Shown: piece by piece, positions 17,704 to 26,516 of the stretch
Numbering within the stretch: the first letter of the stretch is position 1
Layout: every line of letters begins with the position of its first letter
Origin: a virus
Length of the DNA: 64,000 nt
Strand: one strand, 5' to 3'
Virus record (IMG/VR): IMGVR_UViG_3300035698_034576
Coordinates: 19,152 to 83,151 of that record
Program-made: the position numbers and the translations under genes
Notes under the pieces: generated by a model
Told to the model about the DNA's origin: nothing
Seen by the model: the letters and a program-made list of their open reading frames with translations, nothing else
Database searches by the model: none

Positions 17704-17723
17704 TTTTGTTATATTTATTAAAA
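17704..17723 (+). promoter_or_regulatory. Late-type promoter motif TTTTGTTATATTTATTAAAA
   Basis: The same or a similar motif precedes the portal (21079), 31832, the lysis operon (36581), 39402, the scaffold and the sheath operon (49690). Confidence 0.65.
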
Positions 17724-17732
17724 ATAATTGAA

Positions 17733-18017
17733 ATGATTTATAAAAACGAAAGCATTCTAAAATCTTTTGGGATTGATATTGAAAAAGGAGGAAAGAAAAC
17801 TGGTGTTTATGCTGACACCCACGAAAACAGAAAAGCTGGAAAAGTTGGACAAAGTTACTTTAAAGAAAAAGAAGCCTCAAAAACTTCAACAAAGGGCCAA
17901 GATGAAGCATTTAAGCTTATCAACAATCTTCGCTCTAGTACTTTTAAAAATCTAAATGATGATGAGCTGTTTGAATTTAGAAAACAGATGGCAAATTATC
18001 TTGATCTGAAAATGTAA
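17733..18017 (+). CDS. Tagged putative internal head protein 1
   Basis: ILKSFGIDIEKG-GKKTGVYADTHENRKAGKVGQSY. Confidence 0.7.
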   Translation: MIYKNESILKSFGIDIEKGGKKTGVYADTHENRKAGKVGQSYFKEKEASKTSTKGQDEAFKLINNLRSSTFKNLNDDELFEFRKQMANYLDLKM

Positions 18018-18839
18018 ATGAGCCTTAATAAGAATAACATATTGAAATCGTTTATTATCCCGGACCTCAATAAGGGGATAAAAACAGGTATTTATCTTGA
18101 TACTCCCGAAAATCGAAAAAAGGGACGTGTGGGAATGAAGTATATAAAAGATAGTGTTTTGTATTATGATCAAAAACAAAACAAGCACATCTTTCGTGAG
18201 GTATTAGAAAATGAAAATGCAAAACACGATATACATTTATCTGGAGAAGAAAAAGTCCAGTACAATAAATTGTTTTTAGAAGGATCTCTTATCCGTCCAG
18301 CAAAAGGATATGGATTTTCAGGACTAAAGGAAAGTGATACAAAGAATTTAAAAATGTATCTAGCTAGCTATTGGCAAAACTACATGCCAAGTAAAACTGT
18401 TTCAAAAGAAGAGAATCTGAGAAAAGTTCCCTCTATGGTTAGAAGACTAAATTCAGTCAAGGAAGAGTACAATGACCAGCTTAAGGCAAAGCCCTGGTTA
18501 AAAGACAGTGCATTTGGCACCTTATATAATAGGTATGTAGGGAGAATAGATAGTTTGTTAGAAGAGACAGCAGACATTCAAAATAAAGCTAAAGAAACTT
18601 TAGATAGTATAGATATTTACAACCAAGAAAAGCATGACCTCGAGGTTATGAATAATGAGGAAGTGGATAATAAAATCTATCAACTTAAAGAAAAAGAGAA
18701 AGAAGTTTTGGCAGAAAAAAGAAAAAAAGAACTATCAGAAGCTCTCAAGGGAATAACTGATCCCGATAAAATAAACGAGATCAAAACCTCTTTTGAAATA
18801 AGCTGGTACAATGAAGGTCGTAAATATCATGGAGATTAG
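18018..18839 (+). CDS. Tagged putative internal head protein 2
   Basis: NILKSFIIPDLNKG-IKTGIYLDTPENRKKGRVGMKY. Confidence 0.7.
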   Translation: MSLNKNNILKSFIIPDLNKGIKTGIYLDTPENRKKGRVGMKYIKDSVLYYDQKQNKHIFREVLENENAKHDIHLSGEEKVQYNKLFLEGSLIRPAKGYGFSGLKESDTKNLKMYLASYWQNYMPSKTVSKEENLRKVPSMVRRLNSVKEEYNDQLKAKPWLKDSAFGTLYNRYVGRIDSLLEETADIQNKAKETLDSIDIYNQEKHDLEVMNNEEVDNKIYQLKEKEKEVLAEKRKKELSEALKGITDPDKINEIKTSFEISWYNEGRKYHGD

Positions 18840-18861
18840 TAAAATTAATAAAATTAACAAA

Positions 18862-19359
18862 ATGGAACATGTTAGATTAAACATTCTTAAATCCTTCGGA
18901 ATTTCAGATATTAAAAAAGGTGGAAAGAAGACCGGAGTGTACGAAAACACTTCAGAGAACAGAAAGCTTGGCAGAGTCGGCCAAAAATATTCTAAGGAGA
19001 AAGATACTCCTGAAAATAGAAAGCTTGGTAGAGCTAGTAAGAATAACCCTGGGATACAGGGGAATCAATCCTCAAATAAAGCCCCTAGCGACAAGAGAGC
19101 CAATGAATTTTTTGGAGAATCTAAGCATGGACAAGCGATAGAGGCTCTAATGGATGGAACCTGGAATAGAGGAAAGGCTGAAAAGTATCTTGATGAGGTG
19201 AGTAGCGATGATAAGAAGTGGTCAAATATAATGAATAAAATATCTAGCGATCTTGGAATAGATTCTTCTAAGCATGACACCTATGGAAGTCAAACAAAGG
19301 AGATGATTGATAAAATGGGAGAGCTTTATGAAATTAGAGGTGGAGAGGGCAAAAAATAA
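18862..19359 (+). CDS. Tagged putative internal head protein 3 (module partly duplicated)
   Basis: MEHVRLNILKSFGISDIKKG-GKKTGVYENTSENRKLGRVGQKY...DTPENRKLGR. Confidence 0.7.
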   Translation: MEHVRLNILKSFGISDIKKGGKKTGVYENTSENRKLGRVGQKYSKEKDTPENRKLGRASKNNPGIQGNQSSNKAPSDKRANEFFGESKHGQAIEALMDGTWNRGKAEKYLDEVSSDDKKWSNIMNKISSDLGIDSSKHDTYGSQTKEMIDKMGELYEIRGGEGKK

Positions 19360-19478
19360 AGCAGCTTCAATAAGCATTGCAGAAAAATTGTAGCTTAAAT
19401 TTTTTACATTATTTAAAAATCATTATATTTGCTATCTAATTAGTACAAACAATTAAACATTAACTAAATGCCATCAAC

Positions 19479-19898
19479 ATGAAAAAATCACGATTTTCGA
19501 TTCTTTTGGTCGCAATCCTGTCATTGTTTTTCATAACAATGAGTTGTGACTCAACTACAAAACCCGAACCGCCTGGAGAAAAGGATGTGTCCATAAATTT
19601 AGAAAATTCCTTTTCACAGACAATGGAGGTCCAGACGATGGAAATCAATCTTGCTTCCCAGCAATCGCTTGAGGCGGAAATGACCATTGAAACTGTTTTT
19701 GAATATGAGAGAGCACTATTTCCCAGCAATTATATTTTATTTCAAGAAAAAAAGGGAATCGGTTTGCTTTCAGGAGACTTTCAATTTACAAATACTTATA
19801 CAAAAAAGCTCGCCAGTGTTAATAATGAATCGAAAAATAGGAAGAGAGGTTGGGATTCATTCCCTTTATCTAAATCAGAAGCAACTTTTCTGTCATAA
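19479..19898 (+). CDS. Lipoprotein
   Basis: MKKSRFSILLVAILSLFFITMS|C lipoprotein signal; TATATTTG box upstream (19424-19431) and a terminator downstream. Confidence 0.7.
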   Translation: MKKSRFSILLVAILSLFFITMSCDSTTKPEPPGEKDVSINLENSFSQTMEVQTMEINLASQQSLEAEMTIETVFEYERALFPSNYILFQEKKGIGLLSGDFQFTNTYTKKLASVNNESKNRKRGWDSFPLSKSEATFLS

Positions 19899-19925
19899 TA
19901 AATAAAAATTGGTTAAGAAGTGTTA

Positions 19926-19960
19926 GAGGCCAGGATTCACAGTCTGGCCTCTTTTTTTTT
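19926..19960 (+). terminator. Rho-independent terminator
   Basis: GAGGCCAG...CTGGCCTC followed by T9. Confidence 0.8.
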
Positions 19961-19990
19961 GCTTATAAATAAGAAATAAATTTATTTTTT

Positions 19991-20092
19991 AAAAAAAAAC
20001 ACTACAAAAGTTTTTTATATCAAAAATTTTGCTATCTTTACAGTGTAATTGATAGCAATTACGGAAAATGATTAATTTAAAACATTTGTAAA
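19991..20092 (+). promoter_or_regulatory. Early-type promoter/leader repeat (copy D)
   Basis: ACACTACAAAAGTTTTTTATATCAAAAATTTTGCTATCTTTACAGTGTAAT. Confidence 0.8.
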
Positions 20093-20551
20093 ATGATTCA
20101 AAAAATTGAGTACCAAAGACAAAGCTCTTCCCAGATGCTAGAGCAGATCAGGAATACAACTGAAAACTTGCTTACTGGAGGGGTAAAAGTAAATGTTGAT
20201 TCTTATTCAAACAATTCCTTCATTCCTTACTTGGTTGAAAAAAGAGTTTTGAAAAAATTAAAGACTTATTTGAAAGGCTTGGAATCACCATTCAAAACCA
20301 TGAAAGGAAGAGAGATAAACCCTAAAAGCTACAAATGGAACATTCTTTTAGAGGTCAAAGTGGAAAGATTAAACACAACAGAGCTTCAAATGTTTCAAAA
20401 TGAAGTAAATGAAAAAGGTTGCGAATGGGGTTTAAACTATCTTTTTGGTGGATTGAGAGAAAAGAATCATTTATGTCCAACAGAATCTAGAATATCAAGG
20501 GAGGTTCTAAATGATAATTTTTTAACCTGGAACGGAGTATCTTGTTTTTAA
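20093..20551 (+). CDS. Hypothetical early protein
   Basis: 152 aa, after promoter D. Confidence 0.6.
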   Translation: MIQKIEYQRQSSSQMLEQIRNTTENLLTGGVKVNVDSYSNNSFIPYLVEKRVLKKLKTYLKGLESPFKTMKGREINPKSYKWNILLEVKVERLNTTELQMFQNEVNEKGCEWGLNYLFGGLREKNHLCPTESRISREVLNDNFLTWNGVSCF

Positions 20552-20572
20552 TAAATTTAAAATTTTGTAACC

Positions 20573-21010
20573 ATGGAAAATGTAATTGATGAAAAAGTGA
20601 TAAAAATGTCAGAAGTGAATGACAAGTTTTATGAGAGAGAAAGAAAAAGAATTGCTAAAACGGGTAACTATCCTAAGTTCACTCAAAAGGAAATGTTTTT
20701 TAGAAAGGAAGAGAAAGACAGATATTCAATAGTGAACAGAATGTCCGAAAATGAATTGGAAGATTTGAAAGATGCTGTTGATGGTGATGGCATGTGGAAT
20801 CTTTTGAGAAAAGAAGTAAAAGTGAGCAATCGTTGGAAAGACACAATCAAAGTTGAAGATGTTAAATCCAAGTTCGAGAATGAAACCCCTGGGTATGTCG
20901 GGAGAATGAGTGGAGATTTGATAGCACAGAAAAAGGGATCCATTACTCTGGGAGGAAAAGTTTACACAAGAGAGTTCACAAAAAGATATGATACTAGAGG
21001 CTTTTGGTAG
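20573..21010 (+). CDS. Hypothetical early protein
   Basis: 145 aa; same AATTTAAAA-TTTGTA leader. Confidence 0.6.
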   Translation: MENVIDEKVIKMSEVNDKFYERERKRIAKTGNYPKFTQKEMFFRKEEKDRYSIVNRMSENELEDLKDAVDGDGMWNLLRKEVKVSNRWKDTIKVEDVKSKFENETPGYVGRMSGDLIAQKKGSITLGGKVYTREFTKRYDTRGFW

Positions 21011-21036
21011 AAAACTACATTAGAAGCCCATTTATT

Positions 21037-21065
21037 AAACCAGCCTATAAAGGCTGGTTTTTTTT
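21037..21065 (+). terminator. Rho-independent terminator
   Basis: AAACCAGCCT-ATAA-AGGCTGGTTT followed by a T run. Confidence 0.8.
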
Positions 21066-21124
21066 ATAGCTTGATAAATTTTGTTATATTTATTAAAAGT
21101 ATTCTGAACTTACACTTTCAATAG

Positions 21125-22792
21125 ATGTTACAAAAAAATAAAAAATATTATTCGTATGGGGTAAGTGGATCAAAAAACCGCCCCAAAGACCTTATATCCT
21201 CTTTTGAATCTATTGAAGAGGCTAGACAAATCCTTGATATAAAGGAGCAAAAGATTTTTCAAAAATCATTGACCTCTGATAACCCAGCAGATATTATCAA
21301 AGCAATGACAAGGCTAAACGATCCAACTCAATACAGCCCGTCAAATACCTTTAATAATACAAACGTACATGGAGGCAAGTCTTTACTGGTAGATCCTTAT
21401 GGTCATCATTCAGCTAGTGGTTATCTCCAAAAAATCAGGCCTATAGATAATGGCATTTTGCGCAATATGGCAAAATCTCCATTTGTTAAAGCTATTGTTG
21501 AAACAAGAATAGAGCAAGTAGCTTCCTTTGGATCTGTATCAGAAGATAAAGATGATATTGGATGGATGATAGTTAAGAGGAATGGTGAAAAAGTAGGGGA
21601 TACCGATAGAGGGGAAATAGATAGAATTACTAAATTTGTTTCTGAAACAGGTGTTGATGAAAGTCGTTGGGTTAAAGATGATTTTGATAAGTTTCTTAGA
21701 AAAATAACTCAAGATACCCTTACTCTAGATGCATTGACATTTGAAATAGTAAGGACAAAAAATGATAAGCTTTACGAGTTTTTTGCAACGGACGCTGGCA
21801 CATTTTATTTTGCTGATCCAAGGGAACTATTTTCCCAAAAAACTGAAATAAATGGACACATGCCTTTGTATGTACAGGTTTTCCAGGGCCAAGTTATCAA
21901 TAATTATTATCCATGGGAATTAGCTTATGGAATTAGAAACCCCACCTCTGATATTTATCAAAACGGGTATGGTAGGTCGGAACTGGAGGATTTAATAAAT
22001 GTTGTCACTTGGCAATTGTATGGGATGCAATATACAGGTTCTTTCTTTTCAAGAGGATCTGCACCTAAAGGAATATTGAAGCTCTCTGGAAATGTGAATG
22101 AAAGAAGGTTAGCAGAATTTAAGCAACAATGGGCAGCACAAGTCCAAGGCATTAAAAATGCTTGGAAGACTCCGATTATGGAAGCAGATAAGATGGAGTG
22201 GGTTGATTTGCAACGAAACAACAGAGATATGGAATTCTCAAGCTGGATAGAATTCTTAACAAAGATTCTTTGTGGAGTTTATAAGATAGACCCTTCAGAA
22301 ATAGGAATGCCAATGTCTGGTGGGGAAGGGGGAAAAAGTATGTTTTCTGATGATACAAAGCAGAGGCAACTCTTTTCAAAAGAAAAAGGTTTGAAACCCC
22401 TATTGAAATTTATTGAGCAGAAAGTTGATAAATACATTGTTCAACAATTAAATCCTAACTATAAATTTATTTTTACCGGAGTTAACTTTAGTGATGCCAG
22501 TAAGGAGCTTGAGTCAGATATTAAAAAGGTTGGTAACTTTATGGGGTATAAAGAGATTAGAAGAAAGCACAATCTTCCTGATGATATTGGTAAAGATGAT
22601 TTGATTCTAAATCCTATCTTTATGCAGTCAAAAATGGCAGCACAGCAAGGAGGGAGCATGGGGGCAGAAGACCAATACAATGAAGAAGAATCTGGAGATT
22701 ATAATTCTGACTGGATGAATGAGGGGGAAAATCCTTTTTTAAAATCTATGAATGAAGCCACAGAAACGTTTATCCAAACACTGAAACCATGA
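21125..22792 (+). CDS. Portal protein (SPO1/Twort-like)
   Basis: IRNPTSDIYQNGYGRSELE, FFSRGSAPKGIL, NAWKTPI, RDMEFSSW, IDPSEIG, SKEKGLKPLL. Confidence 0.9.
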   Translation: MLQKNKKYYSYGVSGSKNRPKDLISSFESIEEARQILDIKEQKIFQKSLTSDNPADIIKAMTRLNDPTQYSPSNTFNNTNVHGGKSLLVDPYGHHSASGYLQKIRPIDNGILRNMAKSPFVKAIVETRIEQVASFGSVSEDKDDIGWMIVKRNGEKVGDTDRGEIDRITKFVSETGVDESRWVKDDFDKFLRKITQDTLTLDALTFEIVRTKNDKLYEFFATDAGTFYFADPRELFSQKTEINGHMPLYVQVFQGQVINNYYPWELAYGIRNPTSDIYQNGYGRSELEDLINVVTWQLYGMQYTGSFFSRGSAPKGILKLSGNVNERRLAEFKQQWAAQVQGIKNAWKTPIMEADKMEWVDLQRNNRDMEFSSWIEFLTKILCGVYKIDPSEIGMPMSGGEGGKSMFSDDTKQRQLFSKEKGLKPLLKFIEQKVDKYIVQQLNPNYKFIFTGVNFSDASKELESDIKKVGNFMGYKEIRRKHNLPDDIGKDDLILNPIFMQSKMAAQQGGSMGAEDQYNEEESGDYNSDWMNEGENPFLKSMNEATETFIQTLKP

Positions 22793-23328
22793 GAGAAAAT
22801 ATACTAAGGTCCTTTAAAGAGTATGACTTAATGAAAGGAAAGAAAACCGGAATATATACAAACACTCCTGAAAACAGAAAAAAGGGTAGAGTTGGTCAAA
22901 AATATTCTAAAGAAGATGAAAAAGAAGAAAGTCCAATAACTGTAGAGGTAGATGATGAAAGAACTATTTATCATTATGGAAATAAAGGCTCTTTAATTAT
23001 GACAGAAACAACTCCAGAATACGAATTTAAAGATGATATAACAGAGGAGAAAATGAATGAGCTAGGATTGGAGGAAGATGATTTTATTTTCAAAATTGAA
23101 CATATTGAGATTAATGACCAAGAAAAAGGTAAGGGTTTTGCAAAAAAATTGATGCAAAGGGCTATGAAGGACTTTAGTTCAAAAACTATTTATCTTAATG
23201 CATCTCCTATGGGATTTAAAGGATTGGATCTTGATGATTTAACAAAATTTTATGAATCCTTTGGTTTTTCTGTTTTTAAAAATGATAGCAATAACAACTT
23301 AATGATAAAACAAAATGGATCACATTAG
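22789..23328 (+). CDS. Tagged protein with GNAT acetyltransferase cargo
   Basis: NILRSF..DLMKG-KKTGIYTNTPENRKKGRVGQKY; acetyl-CoA motif EKGKGFAKKLM; LTKFYESFGF. Confidence 0.8.
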   Translation: MRENILRSFKEYDLMKGKKTGIYTNTPENRKKGRVGQKYSKEDEKEESPITVEVDDERTIYHYGNKGSLIMTETTPEYEFKDDITEEKMNELGLEEDDFIFKIEHIEINDQEKGKGFAKKLMQRAMKDFSSKTIYLNASPMGFKGLDLDDLTKFYESFGFSVFKNDSNNNLMIKQNGSH

Positions 23329-23722
23329 ATTAAACATTCTAAAGTCCTTTGGCATTGACATTGAAAAAGGTGGAAAGAAGACGGGGATTTATACTGACAC
23401 TTACGAAAATAGAAAAAAGGGAATAGTAGGCCAAAAATATTCTAAGGATGAAATCGCAAAGGAGAATACCTACTTCAATACGTATGGAGAGGCAATTAGC
23501 TATGCCTATGAGCAAGCATTTAAGAAATTTAAAGTAGATGAGGACGATTGGTTTATGGCAATGTCTACTGGAGGAAAGCCTTCTCGTAATAAAACAAAGA
23601 GTGGAATTATAGCCCTTTATGACAAGGAGACTGGGAAAGAGTCTAAAAAAGCTTTGTCTATTCAGGTTTACAACATGGACAGGGATAAAAAATCATTTGA
23701 ACTAAATTGGTACATAAGCTAG
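23315..23722 (+). CDS. Tagged putative internal head protein
   Basis: MDHIRLNILKSFGIDIEKG-GKKTGIYTDTYENRKKGIVGQKY; C-terminal QVYNMD..FELNWY domain. Confidence 0.7.
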   Translation: MDHIRLNILKSFGIDIEKGGKKTGIYTDTYENRKKGIVGQKYSKDEIAKENTYFNTYGEAISYAYEQAFKKFKVDEDDWFMAMSTGGKPSRNKTKSGIIALYDKETGKESKKALSIQVYNMDRDKKSFELNWYIS

Positions 23723-23726
23723 TAGC

Positions 23727-23999
23727 ATGAGGACAGGATTAACAATAGAGCTATTAAAATCAAATTTTAAGGAAGTTGAGGAAAAGTATAGGGGAACCTT
23801 AAAAATGAAGGAAGATCCAAAAGAATCTATTTTTTTTGATTGTAAATCAGATGGTCCAGAGAAAATAAAGGTTTTGGAAGCTATCCGTTTTTTTGAAGAT
23901 AAAATTAAAAAGCAAGGTCTTGAGATTAATTCTAAAGATAAAAAATATTTGAATAGTCTAAAAGATCTTTATAAGGAAATGAAAGGAGATCAGCCTTAA
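23727..23999 (+). CDS. Hypothetical protein
   Basis: 90 aa; LLKS near the N-terminus. Confidence 0.55.
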   Translation: MRTGLTIELLKSNFKEVEEKYRGTLKMKEDPKESIFFDCKSDGPEKIKVLEAIRFFEDKIKKQGLEINSKDKKYLNSLKDLYKEMKGDQP

Positions 24000-24598
24000 T
24001 GCAAATAATAAAGGATATAGCAAAATCATTTAATAAATCTAATTCCTCAATAGAGAAGGTTTCTTTAATGAGGAAGTCTGGAGTAAAAAATGGTAGAGAT
24101 TTATCTAGAATAAGCGGTATTCCTATTAGTCAATTTATAAGACTGGGAATAGAGGATGGTGCATCAAAAGAGAAGATAAATGATTTAGCAGGTGCAAAAT
24201 TAGGCTCTGAAGAAATTCATTTTTACGAAATAGTAGGAGCCCTTTTATCTCTTGATCTTCTTAAAAAACTAATTATTGTAAGTGAACTTGACTTTGCAGA
24301 AACTTTACTAATGGGTAGCTCTATCTCTTATGATAAAGAAAATGATGTGTTAAAGAGTAAAAACATCACTGTAGACATTAGAAGCAGCTTGCCTGGGGAC
24401 ATTAATTTAGATATTGATACATTACTGCTTAAACCTAACATAGGAGGTTATTTAGCTAAAAATACCCTCCTGATAAAAGCTATAGAGGATTTATCTATAA
24501 ATCAACTAGACATATTGTACAAGGGAATTACTGAAAGGAACCCTAACCATAGTTTGCTAAGTGAAATAATATTAACTATTCAAAAAAAATTACAGTAA
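23999..24598 (+). CDS. Hypothetical protein
   Basis: 199 aa; begins DIAKSFNKS. Confidence 0.6.
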   Translation: MQIIKDIAKSFNKSNSSIEKVSLMRKSGVKNGRDLSRISGIPISQFIRLGIEDGASKEKINDLAGAKLGSEEIHFYEIVGALLSLDLLKKLIIVSELDFAETLLMGSSISYDKENDVLKSKNITVDIRSSLPGDINLDIDTLLLKPNIGGYLAKNTLLIKAIEDLSINQLDILYKGITERNPNHSLLSEIILTIQKKLQ

Positions 24599-24599
24599 A

Positions 24600-25109
24600 A
24601 TGAATACAGAATATATCCAAGATTATAAAAATAATATATCAAAAAACATATTTAATAGTTTTGATATATTAAAAGCTTTTGCCCCGGAGGGCTCTCGTAA
24701 ACAAACCAAAAGAGGAGAGTGGTATGTAAAACAAGGAGGTAAATGGGTTTATGAGAAAAAAGGAGGGAGAGCCTCTAAAGAAACCGAAGATACTAGTTCA
24801 CAAGAGGGAGGATCGTCCGAGGGAAATATAAAATCTAAATCAAGCCGAAATATGGGCTTTTTAAGAGAACTTTCTGACAGTGAGTTTAAAAATTTAGGCA
24901 TGATTGGTTTTGATAAAATATCAAGATATAAAGCTGTTTATGCAAAAGCCGCTCATGAGATAATGGAGGAGGGCATAAGGCTTGGATATGTTGAGAAAAA
25001 AGATTATGGAAAAGGAAAGGGTAAATACACAACAACAGAGGCTTCAGGCAAAATGTCCCTATCTTTGATAATTCAGAAAATAAAGGATAATGAGTCTATT
25101 AAAGATTAG
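24600..25109 (+). CDS. Putative head protein with the second module type
   Basis: NIFNSFDILKA-FAPEGSRKQTKRGEWYVKQGGKW. Confidence 0.6.
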   Translation: MNTEYIQDYKNNISKNIFNSFDILKAFAPEGSRKQTKRGEWYVKQGGKWVYEKKGGRASKETEDTSSQEGGSSEGNIKSKSSRNMGFLRELSDSEFKNLGMIGFDKISRYKAVYAKAAHEIMEEGIRLGYVEKKDYGKGKGKYTTTEASGKMSLSLIIQKIKDNESIKD

Positions 25110-25126
25110 TTCAAAAATAAGCGAAT

Positions 25127-26515
25127 ATGGAATTTGAAAGAATAGACAAACAGGAAACTGCCCTTTTTAATCTAGAAAAATCTAGAAAAACAGGCTATTA
25201 TAAAGATAATCGCGAAAATCGTCTAAAAAATAGAGTAGGTCAGAAATATACCATAGATGTAACTGACGAAAAAGATCTTGGAAAAGTACAACGCCAACTA
25301 GAAGAAGCCCGTAACAGAAAAGATATTTACAATCCTTCAGAAGAAAATGACCAGGAGATAGAGAGGCAATTTTTGGAAAATTTCGAAAAATTCGCTAAAG
25401 AAGATGCTGAGTGGCTTAAAGAAAATCCAATGGGGTCTCGCACAAGAGATTGGAGAAGGAACGATGAAATTATCAGAGCAAATCTTTTATTAGAAGAGGC
25501 AGAAGCTTCTAAACAAATTTCTTTAGAAACTGACCAAGATAAAGAGGCTTTTATACATGCTTCTCAGGTTACAAGAGCAGAGAGCCAATTTTTTATGGGA
25601 GAACTTATTGATAAAATTAAGCTCAATCCTGAAAACTCAACTTTCAAGGAAGAATTGGTTTGGCTAACAACTAAAGATCATGAGAGAGTCAGAAGATTCA
25701 ATATCTTAGCTAGGGAAAACAATATAACTCAATTAGAACCCTTTAGATTTGTAAAAGAGACCAATAAACCTGTGCTTGTCTGGGATTCAGAAGAGAAGTA
25801 TTCTTCATTAACAAATAAAGGACCAAAAGTTAATAAAGAGAATCTTAAAAGATCAACATATAAGGATTCTTTAGGGGCTTTTGAAGCGTGGGAAACCGAA
25901 GGCAGTAAATTAAGTTTTCCTTGGGAGTCTGCCAAAATAGGAGGTTCTGTTTCATATAATGTTGATGAAGCTAGTGAAGCTATTAGAGATTATCTGAGTA
26001 GGCTCCCTATTTTAGAGGTTGATCCTTGGGATGTTGAAGTGTTTTTAAAATCTCCTCATGATTTTATAAAAGAAAAAGGCCATTTTAATCTAATAGATAG
26101 TGAAGACAAAATTTTTGGAAGTATAATTATATCCACAAAAGAAAAAGATTTTTTATTCCTCAGAAAAATTAACGATCACTATGTAAAGGACAGTTCTAAG
26201 AAAAAGACTAGCATAGGTAAGTCTTATGTTGTAAAATTATTACCTATACTTAATCCTATTTCAGGACTTAATTATAAGCATCCAATATCAGAGTTGCCTT
26301 TAATTGTTGTTCCAGAAGTGGCTACAATATCTGAAAGTAGATTGGATAGAGCTAAAAGAAAAATTAGAGAATATGATTTAGATGAATTGTCTAGGCTTAT
26401 TGAGGAAGAGGAAGCTTTGCCAAAATATAAGCAAGATAAAGATGATCTTGACCTTTTATATTTTAAAAGGACTAAATATTTTGAATTTAAAAGGGAAATC
26501 GAAAAATATACATAA
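25127..26515 (+). CDS. Tagged large hypothetical protein
   Basis: FNLEKS-RKTGYYKDNRENRLKNRVGQKY. Confidence 0.7.
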   Translation: MEFERIDKQETALFNLEKSRKTGYYKDNRENRLKNRVGQKYTIDVTDEKDLGKVQRQLEEARNRKDIYNPSEENDQEIERQFLENFEKFAKEDAEWLKENPMGSRTRDWRRNDEIIRANLLLEEAEASKQISLETDQDKEAFIHASQVTRAESQFFMGELIDKIKLNPENSTFKEELVWLTTKDHERVRRFNILARENNITQLEPFRFVKETNKPVLVWDSEEKYSSLTNKGPKVNKENLKRSTYKDSLGAFEAWETEGSKLSFPWESAKIGGSVSYNVDEASEAIRDYLSRLPILEVDPWDVEVFLKSPHDFIKEKGHFNLIDSEDKIFGSIIISTKEKDFLFLRKINDHYVKDSSKKKTSIGKSYVVKLLPILNPISGLNYKHPISELPLIVVPEVATISESRLDRAKRKIREYDLDELSRLIEEEEALPKYKQDKDDLDLLYFKRTKYFEFKREIEKYT

Positions 26516-26516
26516 A

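Noticed and set aside
15634-20092. Repeated ~70-bp sequences as a CRISPR array
   Set aside because: The copies are dispersed, separated by whole genes and each ends at an ATG, which fits promoters/leaders.
26382-26516. ORF-track start of the ATPase (also the starts at 11323, 13390, 17706, 18811 and 49692)
   Set aside because: These overlap upstream genes or regulatory motifs; downstream ATGs fit the leaders and paralogues better.
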